The notes below the pieces were generated by a model. That model saw only the letters and a program-made list of their open reading frames with translations, did not search any database and had not been told where the DNA came from. Below are positions 1-9,584 of a DNA stretch of 41,247 nt, piece by piece; positions within the stretch are counted from its first letter, which is position 1; each line of letters begins with the position of its first letter. The position numbers and the translations under genes were made by a program. This stretch comes from Candidatus Acidiferrales bacterium (lineage in GTDB: Bacteria; Acidobacteriota; Terriglobia; Acidiferrales; UBA7541). Location: contig JBBRPU010000001.1 in the NCBI GenBank assembly GCA_038227545.1, forward strand, positions 1-41,247. Reading direction: 5' to 3'.

Positions 1-132
1 CATCGGACTAGCCGGCTGCGTTTCTTGCTCATTCTGAGCGCGGCGGGCGAAAAAAACTGAACTGAGCTAAGCATGTAGTCTTCGGCTCGTAGCGCTTTTC
101 GGACGGGGGTTCGACTCCCCCCGCCTCCACCA
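1..132 (+). ncRNA. ssrA: tmRNA, 3' portion (5' part and tag ORF lie outside the window)
   Basis: Ends in GGACGGGGGTTCGACTCCCCCCGCCTCCACCA: a T-arm (GTTCGA) plus Ala-type acceptor 3' strand with CCA. It is preceded by TAAGCATGTAG, typical of tmRNA helix 2, and lacks tRNA D and anticodon arms. Confidence 0.9.
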
Positions 133-399
133 TTCTTTCTTTTACAGTTACTTGCGAGATCGCTTCCTAGAATGTAACGGCAGATGCGCCGCCCGTTGGC
201 TCCATCGCGCCGAATTCGGCACGGCTACGATTGATCTCTTGCGGTGCGCTGGTGCCGAGCCTACGATGGGACGCTCCCTGGGATTTCCCCGAACTTGCAG
301 AGAAGGACTTTCTGTACCAGTTGTGTTATTAATAGGTGGGCCCTCTTCCCTGCCAGGCTCCGTTTCCGTCCCCAATTCATTCGAGGTAGGTAAAACAAA

Positions 400-2481
400 A
401 TGCAAAACTCCTTTTGGCGCGCGAGCCTTGCGCTTACTCTTGCCTTTATAGCCGGATGCGGAGGTGGTAGCCAGCGTCAAGCGATCACCGTGGTTGTTTC
501 GCCGCAGTCGGCGACGGTGGCCGCAGGTGCTTCGGCACAGTTCTCGGCGACGGTGACAGGAGACAGTTCTGGAGTGACCTGGTCGGTTAGCGGAACGGCC
601 GGAGGCAGTTCTACAGTTGGTACTATCGATAATTCCGGCAAATACACGGCTGCAGCAGTAACGCAGAATGCCACGGCTACTGTCACGGCGACGAGCAAGC
701 GTGACACCACAAAATCGGGGTCTGCAGCGGTCACAATCACAGCTCCAGTAACGATCAGCGTAGCGGTGTCGCCGCAAACGGCGGTCATTGGCGCCGGGCA
801 AGGCACCATGTTTACCGCAACAGTTACCGGCGATACCGCTGGCGTGAATTGGTCCGTCAATGGAATCGCCAGCGGCAACTCCACGGTGGGCACCATAGAT
901 GCGGCGGGCAATTACACGGCGCCGGCGGTTACCACCAACGGCACGGCGACCGTCAGCGCGGCGAGCAAAACCGACGCCACTAAATCCGCCTCGGCGGCAG
1001 TGACAATTGTGGCCCCGGGTATCGTGGCGGCAACCGCGAATGTGCAAGTAGCCCTGTACACGATCACGCCGCCAGCGGGCGCGACCGTGAGTATTCAATT
1101 TGGACCGGACACAGCTTATGGCCTAACGACGTGGCAGCAACCGGCCCCTCAGGGTGGAGGCGCGGTGAGCATTCTGGTGGCAGGAATGAAACTCAATAGC
1201 ACTTATCACATGCGCGCGGTGCTGAAGCTTGCGGACACCAGCGTTTTTGATGACATTGACCACACATTTACGACTGGGACACTAAATGCGGCACAACTTC
1301 CAAACCTGGTCGTAACCACCACCCCGGGCGCGACGCCACAAAGCGGTGTGGAGTTATTGGACCTGTTGGGCCTTGCATCGCCTAGCCTGGGCGCGGTGGT
1401 TACCGACTTGAGCGGAAATGTTTTGTGGACCTATAACCCGACGCCGGGAACAGCCCAGCAGATTAACCCCATCAAGTTGCTTCCCAACGGCCACTTTCTG
1501 CTGACTTATTCCGCGCAACCGGACGGTGTGAATTCGGCTCTTCAGGAAGTTGATCTGAGCGGACAGGTGATCTGGCAATTAACAGGTCCGCAGTTGAATC
1601 AGGCACTGGCGGCGGCGACATGCGCGGGATGCAACATTACCGTGGTGGGAATGCATCACGATTTCGCGGTGCTTCCCAATGGCCACATCATCGTAATCGC
1701 AGCGCAGGACAAAGACGAAAATGGACTGACGGGTTTCCCCAGTCCGACGACTGTCGCGGGCGACGTCTTGATCGACCTGGACGAAAATCACAACCCCGTG
1801 TGGTTATGGTCTTCCTTTGACCATTTGGATTTGAACCGCCACCTGATGGGCTTACCGGATTGGACCCACACGAATGCGGTGGTTTATTCTCCCGACGACA
1901 AGGCGCTGATTGTCTCCGTGCGGCACCAGAGCTGGGTGCTGAAGATTAACTACAACGATGGACAGGGAGACGGTCAGATCCTCTGGAAGCTCGGCAACGA
2001 GGGCGATTTCTCGCTGCAAAACGGCACTGCTCCGCAGGATTGGTTCTACGCGCAGCACGATGTAAACGTCATCAGTGCCAACAGCAGTGGTATTTTCCAA
2101 GTCCAGCTGTTCGACAACGGCAATCTCCGCGTACTGGATTCCGCAGGGACTACTTGCGGGGCCGGAACGCCTTGCACAAGTCGCACGCCCATATTGCAAT
2201 TGGACGAGACGGCAAAAACCGCCACCATTGAATGGGTGGATGACCTCGCCCCGGCCTATGCGATCTTTGGCGGCTCCTCACGGCTGCTGCAAAATGGAGA
2301 TGTAGAATTCGATATGTGCGCGCTGACCACCACCGGCACGAACAATCTCGCCAATAAATCACTCATAGCAGAGGTGACCAAAACTGCTCTCCCGCAAACT
2401 GTGTGGCAGATGCAGTTGAGCGGCCAGTACGCTTATCGCGCGTTCCGGATACCTAGCCTGTATCCGGGAGTGCAGTGGTGA
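400..2481 (+). CDS. Aryl-sulfate sulfotransferase (ASST) family lipoprotein with two N-terminal Ig-like repeats
   Basis: Lipobox (FIAG-C); two ~88-aa Ig-like repeats (VVVSPQSATV...GVTWSV..GTID..G.YTA); ASST active-site motifs HHD, WTHTNAV, SVRHQ, YAQHD; C-terminal YRAFRIPSLYP. Confidence 0.85.
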   Translation: MQNSFWRASLALTLAFIAGCGGGSQRQAITVVVSPQSATVAAGASAQFSATVTGDSSGVTWSVSGTAGGSSTVGTIDNSGKYTAAAVTQNATATVTATSKRDTTKSGSAAVTITAPVTISVAVSPQTAVIGAGQGTMFTATVTGDTAGVNWSVNGIASGNSTVGTIDAAGNYTAPAVTTNGTATVSAASKTDATKSASAAVTIVAPGIVAATANVQVALYTITPPAGATVSIQFGPDTAYGLTTWQQPAPQGGGAVSILVAGMKLNSTYHMRAVLKLADTSVFDDIDHTFTTGTLNAAQLPNLVVTTTPGATPQSGVELLDLLGLASPSLGAVVTDLSGNVLWTYNPTPGTAQQINPIKLLPNGHFLLTYSAQPDGVNSALQEVDLSGQVIWQLTGPQLNQALAAATCAGCNITVVGMHHDFAVLPNGHIIVIAAQDKDENGLTGFPSPTTVAGDVLIDLDENHNPVWLWSSFDHLDLNRHLMGLPDWTHTNAVVYSPDDKALIVSVRHQSWVLKINYNDGQGDGQILWKLGNEGDFSLQNGTAPQDWFYAQHDVNVISANSSGIFQVQLFDNGNLRVLDSAGTTCGAGTPCTSRTPILQLDETAKTATIEWVDDLAPAYAIFGGSSRLLQNGDVEFDMCALTTTGTNNLANKSLIAEVTKTALPQTVWQMQLSGQYAYRAFRIPSLYPGVQW

Positions 2482-2520
2482 GGCTCAACTGATTTGCAGC
2501 TCGTTGGCCGCAACAAAAGG

Positions 2521-2560
2521 AAGGGGGTATCCGGTAGGTTGGGATACCCCTTTTTCTTTG
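2521..2560 (+). terminator. Rho-independent terminator, probably bidirectional
   Basis: GGGGTATCC/GGATACCCC stem followed by TTTTTCTTT, with an A-rich 5' flank, between convergent genes. Confidence 0.8.
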
Positions 2561-2624
2561 CAGCAAAGGTTCTACAGCGTGGCTGCTTGCAGAAGTTCAC
2601 CGTGCTACCGACTTTTTTTGGTGA

Positions 2625-2638
2625 CGCCTCCACCCATT
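2625..2638 (+). repeat. Degenerate direct repeat of the tmRNA 3' end (att-like scar)
   Basis: CGCCTCCACC(C)ATT versus CGCCTCCACCATT at 122-134; intergenic. Confidence 0.45.
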
Positions 2639-2711
2639 AATATTGCCCACGTTGAGTGCAGAAATTTTCGCCGCCCAAACCTCCGTTACTCGATGAGACG
2701 AAGCTGATTTG

Positions 2712-3020
2712 TCAGCGGTGCGCCGGTAAGCCGAGGATGGATTTGATGCGCTGGCGCTTGGAAATTTCTCGGGGGGCGCCGGCGGTGCGTTCCAGCCAGG
2801 CGTTGAAGTCCTGGAGCTTGACGGAGTGTTTTATGGGGACGTCCACGACGGACACTTCGACGATATTCATGCCCTGGGCGATGCCCATGACCCAGTCGTT
2901 GCCGCGAACGGCTACCAGGCCGAGAGCGACCGCTTCATAGAGGGTTTCAGCGGTTACTTCGACGGTGTGTTTCACACCGTCCATGTCTTTGATGGAGACG
3001 CGGCAGGATCTGACAGGCAT
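2712..3020 (-). CDS. Small hypothetical protein (102 aa)
   Basis: Clean ATG ORF with normal composition (CRVSIKDMDGVKHTVEVTAETLYEAVALGL); resembles a small family I recall from Acidobacteriota; function unknown. Confidence 0.75.
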   Translation of the reverse strand: MPVRSCRVSIKDMDGVKHTVEVTAETLYEAVALGLVAVRGNDWVMGIAQGMNIVEVSVVDVPIKHSVKLQDFNAWLERTAGAPREISKRQRIKSILGLPAHR

Positions 3021-3034
3021 GAGGGGACGAACTT

Positions 3035-3056
3035 AGCATATTCGCTTTTTCTTCGC
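3035..3056 (-). promoter_or_regulatory. -10 box TATGCT with an abutting GCGAA-N6-GCGAA direct repeat (candidate repressor/SOS box)
   Basis: Plus strand reads TTCGC (3041-3045) and TTCGC (3052-3056), an 11-bp period, next to minus-strand TATGCT at 3040-3035. Confidence 0.5.
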
Positions 3057-3196
3057 CATAGCAAAAACCGAGGATTTGTAGAGATGCTCGCGTACAATCT
3101 TCCGTGCTGATCGGCCGACTGCAGACGCGGCGAAAAAGGTTCGGTTGTGGGTTTATACGGCTGCGCACCGGCCAACATTTTGACGGAGGTGTGGGG

Positions 3197-4105
3197 ATGA
3201 GCAGGAAAATATTCCTGGTAGCGGTGGTGACGATTTTATTTTTGAGTTCCTGTAACAGAGAACAACAGACCGCGGCGGGACCGCGCGCGACCGTGACCAT
3301 GCGCGATGGCACGCTGGTGGGCGGCACGGTGGTTGCGACCTCGCCGACGGAAATTAAACTTCTCGGCGACGATCAGCAGACGCGCACGCTGGCCATGAGC
3401 CAGGTAAAATCCATCGACTACGAAGACACTTCAGCGGCGGCGAATGCGCCTGCGCCAGCAGACCAGGGTGCCAGCCAAAATCCAGCTCCGGCACCGGCGG
3501 CAAACGCTGCGCCGCCTACGGCCAACAATGCGCCGGAATCGCATGAGCATCCCGCGGAATCCGCAATCACCACGAAAACGTATGCTTTGCCGGTGGGCAC
3601 CAAGGTATCGGTGCGGACGGAAGAGACTATAGACTCGGGAAAAGCTGCCGAGGGACAGACGTTTGCGGCGGAGGTTACCCAATCGGTGCACGATAATTCC
3701 GGGGCAGTCGTGATTCCGCGCGGGGCCAATGCGCAAATCATCATTACGTCCGCTTCGCAGGGTGGTCGATTTACCAAGGCTTCCGACCTGAGCCTGGATT
3801 TGAAGTCCGTGGCCATTGAGGGCCGGCAATATCGCATCAGCACGGAAGATATTCAGCAGCGTGGGAAAGAAGGGTTAGGCGCAAACAAGCGTACAGCGCA
3901 GTATTCAGGCGGGGGAGCCGCCCTAGGGGCGATTATCGGCGCGATCGCGGGGGGCGGTAAAGGGGCGGGAATCGGCGCTGGGGCCGGTGCAGGCGCGGGG
4001 GCGGTCACGCAGGTGGTGACGAAAGGCGGCTCAATAAAGGTGCCGGTTGAAACGGTTCTAACGTTTCGGCTGGACAAGCCGCTGCGCGTTGTAGCGGCAC
4101 GTTAG
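3197..4105 (+). CDS. Lipoprotein with Pro/Ala linker, TrbI/VirB10-like beta domain and glycine-zipper hairpin
   Basis: GGAGG then ATG at 3197 gives a lipobox (LFLSS-C). Motifs LPVGTKVSVRTEETIDS..VVIPRGA and GAALGAIIGAIAGGGKGAGIGAGAGAGAG. The ORF-track start at 3104 is probably too long. Confidence 0.75.
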   Translation: MSRKIFLVAVVTILFLSSCNREQQTAAGPRATVTMRDGTLVGGTVVATSPTEIKLLGDDQQTRTLAMSQVKSIDYEDTSAAANAPAPADQGASQNPAPAPAANAAPPTANNAPESHEHPAESAITTKTYALPVGTKVSVRTEETIDSGKAAEGQTFAAEVTQSVHDNSGAVVIPRGANAQIIITSASQGGRFTKASDLSLDLKSVAIEGRQYRISTEDIQQRGKEGLGANKRTAQYSGGGAALGAIIGAIAGGGKGAGIGAGAGAGAGAVTQVVTKGGSIKVPVETVLTFRLDKPLRVVAAR

Positions 4106-4113
4106 GTTGCGAA

Positions 4114-6048
4114 TTAATTGGCGCCGCGATATTCGACGGTGACGCTGACCTCAGACTCGACGGGCTTGCCGTCCACCAGCGTGCGATCGAACTGCCAATC
4201 TCTAACCGTGCGCATCACGCGCGGCATTAATGCGAAACGCCCGCTGACCGGCTTGAGGTTTCGAACAGCGCCGTCTTTGTCCACGAATGCGCGCACCGTG
4301 ACGGTGTCTCCCGCGCGTGGCTGAATCTTGGAGTCGGGCTTTTCTGGTGGGACGTGCGTAAGCAATTCGCCTACAGTCAATTTTGCAACGGCGCTGTGAT
4401 GATGCCAGCGGCCTCGCTGCGGGACCATTACAAATCTTTGCATGCGCATAGATTCAGCTTGCCCGCCAGGGAGCGCCTCGGTGGGCAGTTTCAGAATAAA
4501 TTGCTCATCGGTATTTCTGGCGATGGTTATCTCACCATGCAACGGAGGTTGGGCGCTTACGGGAGCCAATCTTGGCGCTGTGCCCGGAGCGACGGACGCA
4601 GCTACGGACGGATTTAACGGCGTGCCGATGGGCGCTGCGTTCGAGGCTGATAAAGTTGCAGGAGGATTTTTTGCAACGGTGCTGGGCAGCGCATCGCGAT
4701 TCGGATCGGAATTCGGTGATGAAGGTGTTGCCACGGCTGAGGATGCAGCGCTGACCGGCGGTACCGCAACTGTCGCAGCGGCGGCGGCCGGGACGGCCTC
4801 ATGACGAGTCGTCGCGCTATTCGTATCCGGAACGACGAGGTTGACGGGGGCAGGTTTTGAAGAAATGCTCGGCGCCACGACGCCAGGTTGGACCGGCACG
4901 GGTTTAGATAGAGCGATTGCCGGGGGAACCGAGCTGTTGGCGGCGACGCTGAGCTTGCTGTCGAAAGTGGCGTTTTTAGGGCTCGCGACGGCTGGGGAAT
5001 TTACGATGCCGATATTTTTGAAGGCGCGCGCCTCTTGAGTGGACATGGAGTTCAAAAGTTTCGCATCCACGAATGCGCCGGAACTGGCTGGCCGATAAGC
5101 CTCCACCGGCCTTAAATTGAGTACGTCGCTCTCCATCGGCTCGGTGTTAACCGGCAAATTGGCCGGAAGCTCAGGAGAAAATTTCACCTCCGTTGGAGGA
5201 GCGGACGCCAAAATATCCGGCACCGGTGACGAAGGTTTGGGAGCCGGAGTTTTTCTGGAATAGGTTTTGCCGACGGCATCGCCGCGAGAAAGCCACTGCT
5301 CGAGTGGGCGGCGCCCAACCAGAATGCCAATTCCGAAACTTGGAATGGCGATCCACAGCAATATGAGCGCAAACGCGGACAGGCCTTCCGGCTTGGACTT
5401 CTTCCGGGGAACCATGGTCACGGAGGCAAGGTCCCATTCATTTTCGCGGAACGCCGAAGTCCTGACATCGTCAAATCCCTGGGAGCGTGGAGGCTCTGGC
5501 GGCGCGACGTCGGCTTGGGCTTGCGAAGCAAATAATTCGGGCAGCGGAGGTCCCAAGGTTTCTGGGGCGGTGCCGCCGAAGGCATCGAGCAGCGTGGAGC
5601 GAGGCTCGGTGGATGCTACGGATTCCACAGCAACGGCGGTCATGTCTGGCGATGAAACGGCCGCGTCTGAAACAGCGCGAGGTAATAGATTCACGTCGCG
5701 GACGCCGTCGAGCGAAATCCATTCGCGAATTTGTTCACGCTGCGTGTCGGAGACGTCAATCAACTGGATGCCTGCGCGTTTTTTTGACTTGGTGGTCCAC
5801 ACCATGCGGCCGGGCACTTCGATGCTTTGGTTTAAGCCGTTCATGCGCACATGCAAGTGCGAATACGCTTCATCGCCAACAGCAATGGCCATGGAGACGG
5901 CCAAGCCGTCATCGCTGACGTTGAGGACCATGCCGCCATTGGATTCGCCGCAGGCTACATAAATTAATGATTTAGGAAGCAGCCGGGGATTGATGCGGCG
6001 CTCATGCGCTTGAGAAGATGCCGCGAAGTGCTGGACAGAGGAACTCAC
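4114..6048 (-). CDS. PilZ domain - transmembrane helix - Pro-rich linker - TonB C-terminal domain protein
   Basis: N-terminal RRINPR (RxxxR) and NVSDDG (D/NxSxxG); TM LSAFALILLWIAIPSFGIGILVG; C-terminal TVTVRAFVDKDGAV...VRDWQFDRTLVDGKPVESEVSVTVEY. Confidence 0.8.
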   Translation of the reverse strand: MSSSVQHFAASSQAHERRINPRLLPKSLIYVACGESNGGMVLNVSDDGLAVSMAIAVGDEAYSHLHVRMNGLNQSIEVPGRMVWTTKSKKRAGIQLIDVSDTQREQIREWISLDGVRDVNLLPRAVSDAAVSSPDMTAVAVESVASTEPRSTLLDAFGGTAPETLGPPLPELFASQAQADVAPPEPPRSQGFDDVRTSAFRENEWDLASVTMVPRKKSKPEGLSAFALILLWIAIPSFGIGILVGRRPLEQWLSRGDAVGKTYSRKTPAPKPSSPVPDILASAPPTEVKFSPELPANLPVNTEPMESDVLNLRPVEAYRPASSGAFVDAKLLNSMSTQEARAFKNIGIVNSPAVASPKNATFDSKLSVAANSSVPPAIALSKPVPVQPGVVAPSISSKPAPVNLVVPDTNSATTRHEAVPAAAAATVAVPPVSAASSAVATPSSPNSDPNRDALPSTVAKNPPATLSASNAAPIGTPLNPSVAASVAPGTAPRLAPVSAQPPLHGEITIARNTDEQFILKLPTEALPGGQAESMRMQRFVMVPQRGRWHHHSAVAKLTVGELLTHVPPEKPDSKIQPRAGDTVTVRAFVDKDGAVRNLKPVSGRFALMPRVMRTVRDWQFDRTLVDGKPVESEVSVTVEYRGAN

Positions 6049-6316
6049 GTTTTCCCTCGCTAACGACGACCCGCGCTACGTTTCGTGCGGTGCGTACATA
6101 GCTGCTGGTTCGGGAGGAGGCGTCCCGTCGTTGGTGGGAGGATGCTCCCGGTTCCTGGGCGGAACAGAGAGACTGGTGCGAACGCGCTTCAAAAAACCTG
6201 GAATACCTGTGAACTGGAGTGCGCTGTTTACAAAATTTTGCGAAACCAGCGTACGACTCCACTCCCCCACCGCCACGCTATAGAACACGCGGAGGTGAAC
6301 TAAGTTTCGCGTGATT

Positions 6317-9300
6317 TCAGTCGCGTTCCCGGCGTGCCGCTGGCGGGGCGCTGGCGCCACTATCATCGGTGTTAGCGGCGTCCCAGGATTTTCTGGCCAA
6401 GGGCTCGACTGGCTGTAAACGCTTCTGCTTCAACGACTTGTTGATGGCCTGGAATTCCCTGGCTAGCAAATCATCAAATTCTTTGCGGGCGTCTTCCAGT
6501 TCCCTTTTGAGTGAGTCTATACGGGCAATCTGGTAGTCGCCAGGACGCCCATCGTAATTCAAAATGTTTCCGTACAGCCCAGTGGTTTTCTCGCGGATGC
6601 GCTCTTCGCCCGTCACTGCCCCACCCTCTTTGGTGGCGACAATCTTGCGGCGTATCTCTTCGATTTTCTGGGCGGTGTCGCTGAGGCGCTTGGCAAATGC
6701 GGCATCGCCTTTCAGATGCGCGGCGCGTCCCATCAGTTCGTCGTGCACGCCGTTGATGCGATCCACGTCGAAACTCATGTCACCAAGTAAATTATAGACG
6801 CGCATGGCGGCATCGTATTGCAGGCGGCGATCGGCTTCGGTGAAATTGGCGCGGGCATCCAGGCCGACGTTCAGTTGCGTGGTGTAGGTTTCTTTTCCGC
6901 GCGTCATCTTGACGGTATACGTGCCGGGCAGAACGCGCGGGCCTTGGTTAGCCTCAAAAGCGGCGGTGGCGGCGGGGGGGACGCGCGGCGCTTTCAACCT
7001 CATGGGCCACTCGACCCTGCTGATGCCGCGCCGGTTGTTGGGAGAGAGCGTGTCCACCAGTTTGCCTTGGGAGTCCAAAACTTCAATTTTCATTTTTCCG
7101 AAAATGTGGCGCTTCTTCTGGTAGTAGGTGATGAGCGCGGCGTCGGGGGAATCGGGCCCACTGAACATGGCGCTACCCTCGGCCCATCCGCCATTGGAAT
7201 TCAGGCGCTGTTGAGGTGGTTTGCCGGTTAGAAATCCGGCATCCTGCGCCATTACTTCGGGAGTCAATTTTCGCAGCGGAGAAATGTCGTCAATGATCCA
7301 GATGCCGCGGCCGTGGGTAGCGATGACCAGATCTGATTCGCGTGGATGCACCACGAGGTCACGAACGGGAACCTGCGGAAAGTCGCGTCCGTGATATTGC
7401 GCCCACTGCTTGCCGCCGTCGAGAGAAATCCACAGTCCGAATTCGGTACCGAGGAACAGAAGATTGGGGGAGACGGTGTCTTCCTTGATGACGTGCGCAA
7501 ATCCGCGAACACCGCTTTCGGGCGTGACGATGGGACTCCAGGTTTTCCCATAGTCCGCAGTTTTGTACACGTGCGGAGCCATGTCGCCAAAAGTGTGGCG
7601 ATCAAAGGTGGCGTAGGCGGTGGCGGCATCGTGCAAGCTGGATTCGACCCAGGAAACCCAGGATGCTTTTGGAAGGTTGGGAATGTTGCCCGCAACATTC
7701 GTCCAGGTCTTTCCCGCGTCGCGCGTCAGTTGCACGTTTCCGTCGTCAGTGCCCACCCAGATGGTTTGCGCGTCGCGGGGAGATTCGCTGATGGAGTAAA
7801 TGGTGGTGTGCATTTCGGCGTAGGAATTGTCCACGGTGACTCCGCCGGACTCTTCCTGCTTTTGTTTCTCGGGATCATTGGTGGTCAAATCTGGAGAGAT
7901 GCGATCCCAAGTTTGTCCGTGGTCGCGGGAGCGAAACAAAAATTGTGCGCCGATGTAGATGGTGCCTTTTTCGTTGGGGCTCAAGTGAATCGGAGTATTC
8001 CAGTTGAAGCGTAACTTCCCTTCTCCGTAATTCTGCTCTGGCTTGATAAAGCGTGCTTCCAGCGTTTTGCGGTTCACGCGGCCGACATTGCCGCCTTGAG
8101 ATTCGGCGTACACGTAGTTCGGATCAGACGGATCAGCGAAGGCCCAGAAACCGTCGCCGCCAAAAATATTTTCCCAGCGGCTGTTGGAGATTCCGCCCGG
8201 GTATTGGGAATCGCCAATCCAGACGCTGTTATCCTGCAGCCCGCCGTAGACGTGGTAAGGATCCGCCTGGTCCACGCTGACGTGGTAAAACTGCGAAATG
8301 GGGAGGTTATAGCCTTTCCACCAGGTGTTTCCGCCGTCGTAGGAATACCAGATGCCACCATCGTCGCCGGCAATCAAGTGGTCGGTATTGTCGGGATCTA
8401 TCCAGATGTCGTGGAAGTCGCCATGAGCGCTTTGAGAAATCCCGCTAAAACTTTTGCCGCCATCTTCGCTCATGATCAACACCAGATCGGGCTTGTACAG
8501 TTTGTTTTCGTTCTTGGGATCAACGATCAGGTTGCCGAAGTAAAAGGGCCGCCAAACCATCCAGTTGCTGCGGTCGCGCTCTTGCCAGGTCTTGCCGCCG
8601 TCGTCGGAACGAAACAATGCGCTGCGATTGGATTCGATGAGCGCGTAGACTACACCGGGTTTTGAGGGAGCAACGGATACGGCAACGCGGCCCCAAGGTT
8701 TCGCCGGCAGGCCCTGGGTGCTTTTTTCGTCCAGATCTTTCCAGGTGGCGCCGCCGTCGGAGGAAACAAAGAGTCCGCTGCCGCTCGCGGCGGTGGAATT
8801 TTCGCCACCGGAGCGGAAAGTCCAACCCTTGCGGCGGAAATCCCACAGTCCGGCGTAGATGGTTTTGGGATTGGTGGGATCGAGGGAAATCATAGAGCAT
8901 CCGGTGGAAAGATTTCCGCCCTTCAAAATTTTGTTCCAGGTACTGCCGCCGTCAATGGTCTTGTACAAGCCGCGCTCTTCGCTGTCGCTCCAGAGTTTTC
9001 CAGGGACGCAGGCATAGACGGTGTTGCTATCGCTGGGGTCGATCAGGATTTTGGCAATGCGCTCGGACTCCCTGAGCCCCATGTTGGTCCAATTTTCACC
9101 GCCATCCGTGGACTTGTAGATGCCATCGCCGACGGAGACGCTGTTGCGCGTCCACGATTCCCCGGTGCCGGCCCAGATAGTTTTGGGATTTTTAGCATCA
9201 ATGGCGATCGCGCCGATGGACTGCGCGGTCTGCTTGTCGAACATGGGCTTAAAAGTGGTGCCGCCATTCACGGACTTCCACACGCCTCCGCTGGCGGCGC

Positions 9301-9505
9301 CCACGTAGACGGTGAGCCGACCGTTTTCTTTCACGGCTGTCAATGCGGCGATGCGTCCGCTCATGTTGGCGGAGCCGATGTTGCGCGCACCCAGGCCGGA
9401 GATTGAATCCGAATCGTATTTCACGTCCTGCGCCAGGAGATGCGCGGGAAGCAAGAATGCCGCAGCCAGGAGTGCGGGCAGCGAATAGCGCTTCACATTC
9501 AACAT
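6317..9505 (-). CDS. Secreted sortilin/VPS10-like BNR (Asp-box) beta-propeller protein, paralogue 1
   Basis: Signal peptide from ATG 9505 (AAGGA upstream); many S/TxDGGxTW boxes; THGRG motif; Ig-like domain plus C-terminal helical tail. Confidence 0.85.
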   Translation of the reverse strand: MLNVKRYSLPALLAAAFLLPAHLLAQDVKYDSDSISGLGARNIGSANMSGRIAALTAVKENGRLTVYVGAASGGVWKSVNGGTTFKPMFDKQTAQSIGAIAIDAKNPKTIWAGTGESWTRNSVSVGDGIYKSTDGGENWTNMGLRESERIAKILIDPSDSNTVYACVPGKLWSDSEERGLYKTIDGGSTWNKILKGGNLSTGCSMISLDPTNPKTIYAGLWDFRRKGWTFRSGGENSTAASGSGLFVSSDGGATWKDLDEKSTQGLPAKPWGRVAVSVAPSKPGVVYALIESNRSALFRSDDGGKTWQERDRSNWMVWRPFYFGNLIVDPKNENKLYKPDLVLIMSEDGGKSFSGISQSAHGDFHDIWIDPDNTDHLIAGDDGGIWYSYDGGNTWWKGYNLPISQFYHVSVDQADPYHVYGGLQDNSVWIGDSQYPGGISNSRWENIFGGDGFWAFADPSDPNYVYAESQGGNVGRVNRKTLEARFIKPEQNYGEGKLRFNWNTPIHLSPNEKGTIYIGAQFLFRSRDHGQTWDRISPDLTTNDPEKQKQEESGGVTVDNSYAEMHTTIYSISESPRDAQTIWVGTDDGNVQLTRDAGKTWTNVAGNIPNLPKASWVSWVESSLHDAATAYATFDRHTFGDMAPHVYKTADYGKTWSPIVTPESGVRGFAHVIKEDTVSPNLLFLGTEFGLWISLDGGKQWAQYHGRDFPQVPVRDLVVHPRESDLVIATHGRGIWIIDDISPLRKLTPEVMAQDAGFLTGKPPQQRLNSNGGWAEGSAMFSGPDSPDAALITYYQKKRHIFGKMKIEVLDSQGKLVDTLSPNNRRGISRVEWPMRLKAPRVPPAATAAFEANQGPRVLPGTYTVKMTRGKETYTTQLNVGLDARANFTEADRRLQYDAAMRVYNLLGDMSFDVDRINGVHDELMGRAAHLKGDAAFAKRLSDTAQKIEEIRRKIVATKEGGAVTGEERIREKTTGLYGNILNYDGRPGDYQIARIDSLKRELEDARKEFDDLLAREFQAINKSLKQKRLQPVEPLARKSWDAANTDDSGASAPPAARRERD

Positions 9506-9584
9506 TATCGTGATGTCCTTAAGTGAGTTTCGCGGTGATGATTTGGTGGTGCATTGCGCGGCCAAGCTACGGCTCGAAGCTCCA

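Noticed and set aside
148-1098. 316-aa minus-strand ORF and many similar long antisense or alternate-frame ORFs (e.g. 18465-19208, 29615-30532, 36023-37036)
   Set aside because: Shadow ORFs overlapping well-supported genes; Arg/Gly/His-rich composition typical of off-frame reads in GC-rich DNA.
6049-6316. Possible c-di-GMP riboswitch upstream of the PilZ gene (GGGACGC)
   Set aside because: No GCAAA/GAAA tetraloop-receptor architecture recognisable.
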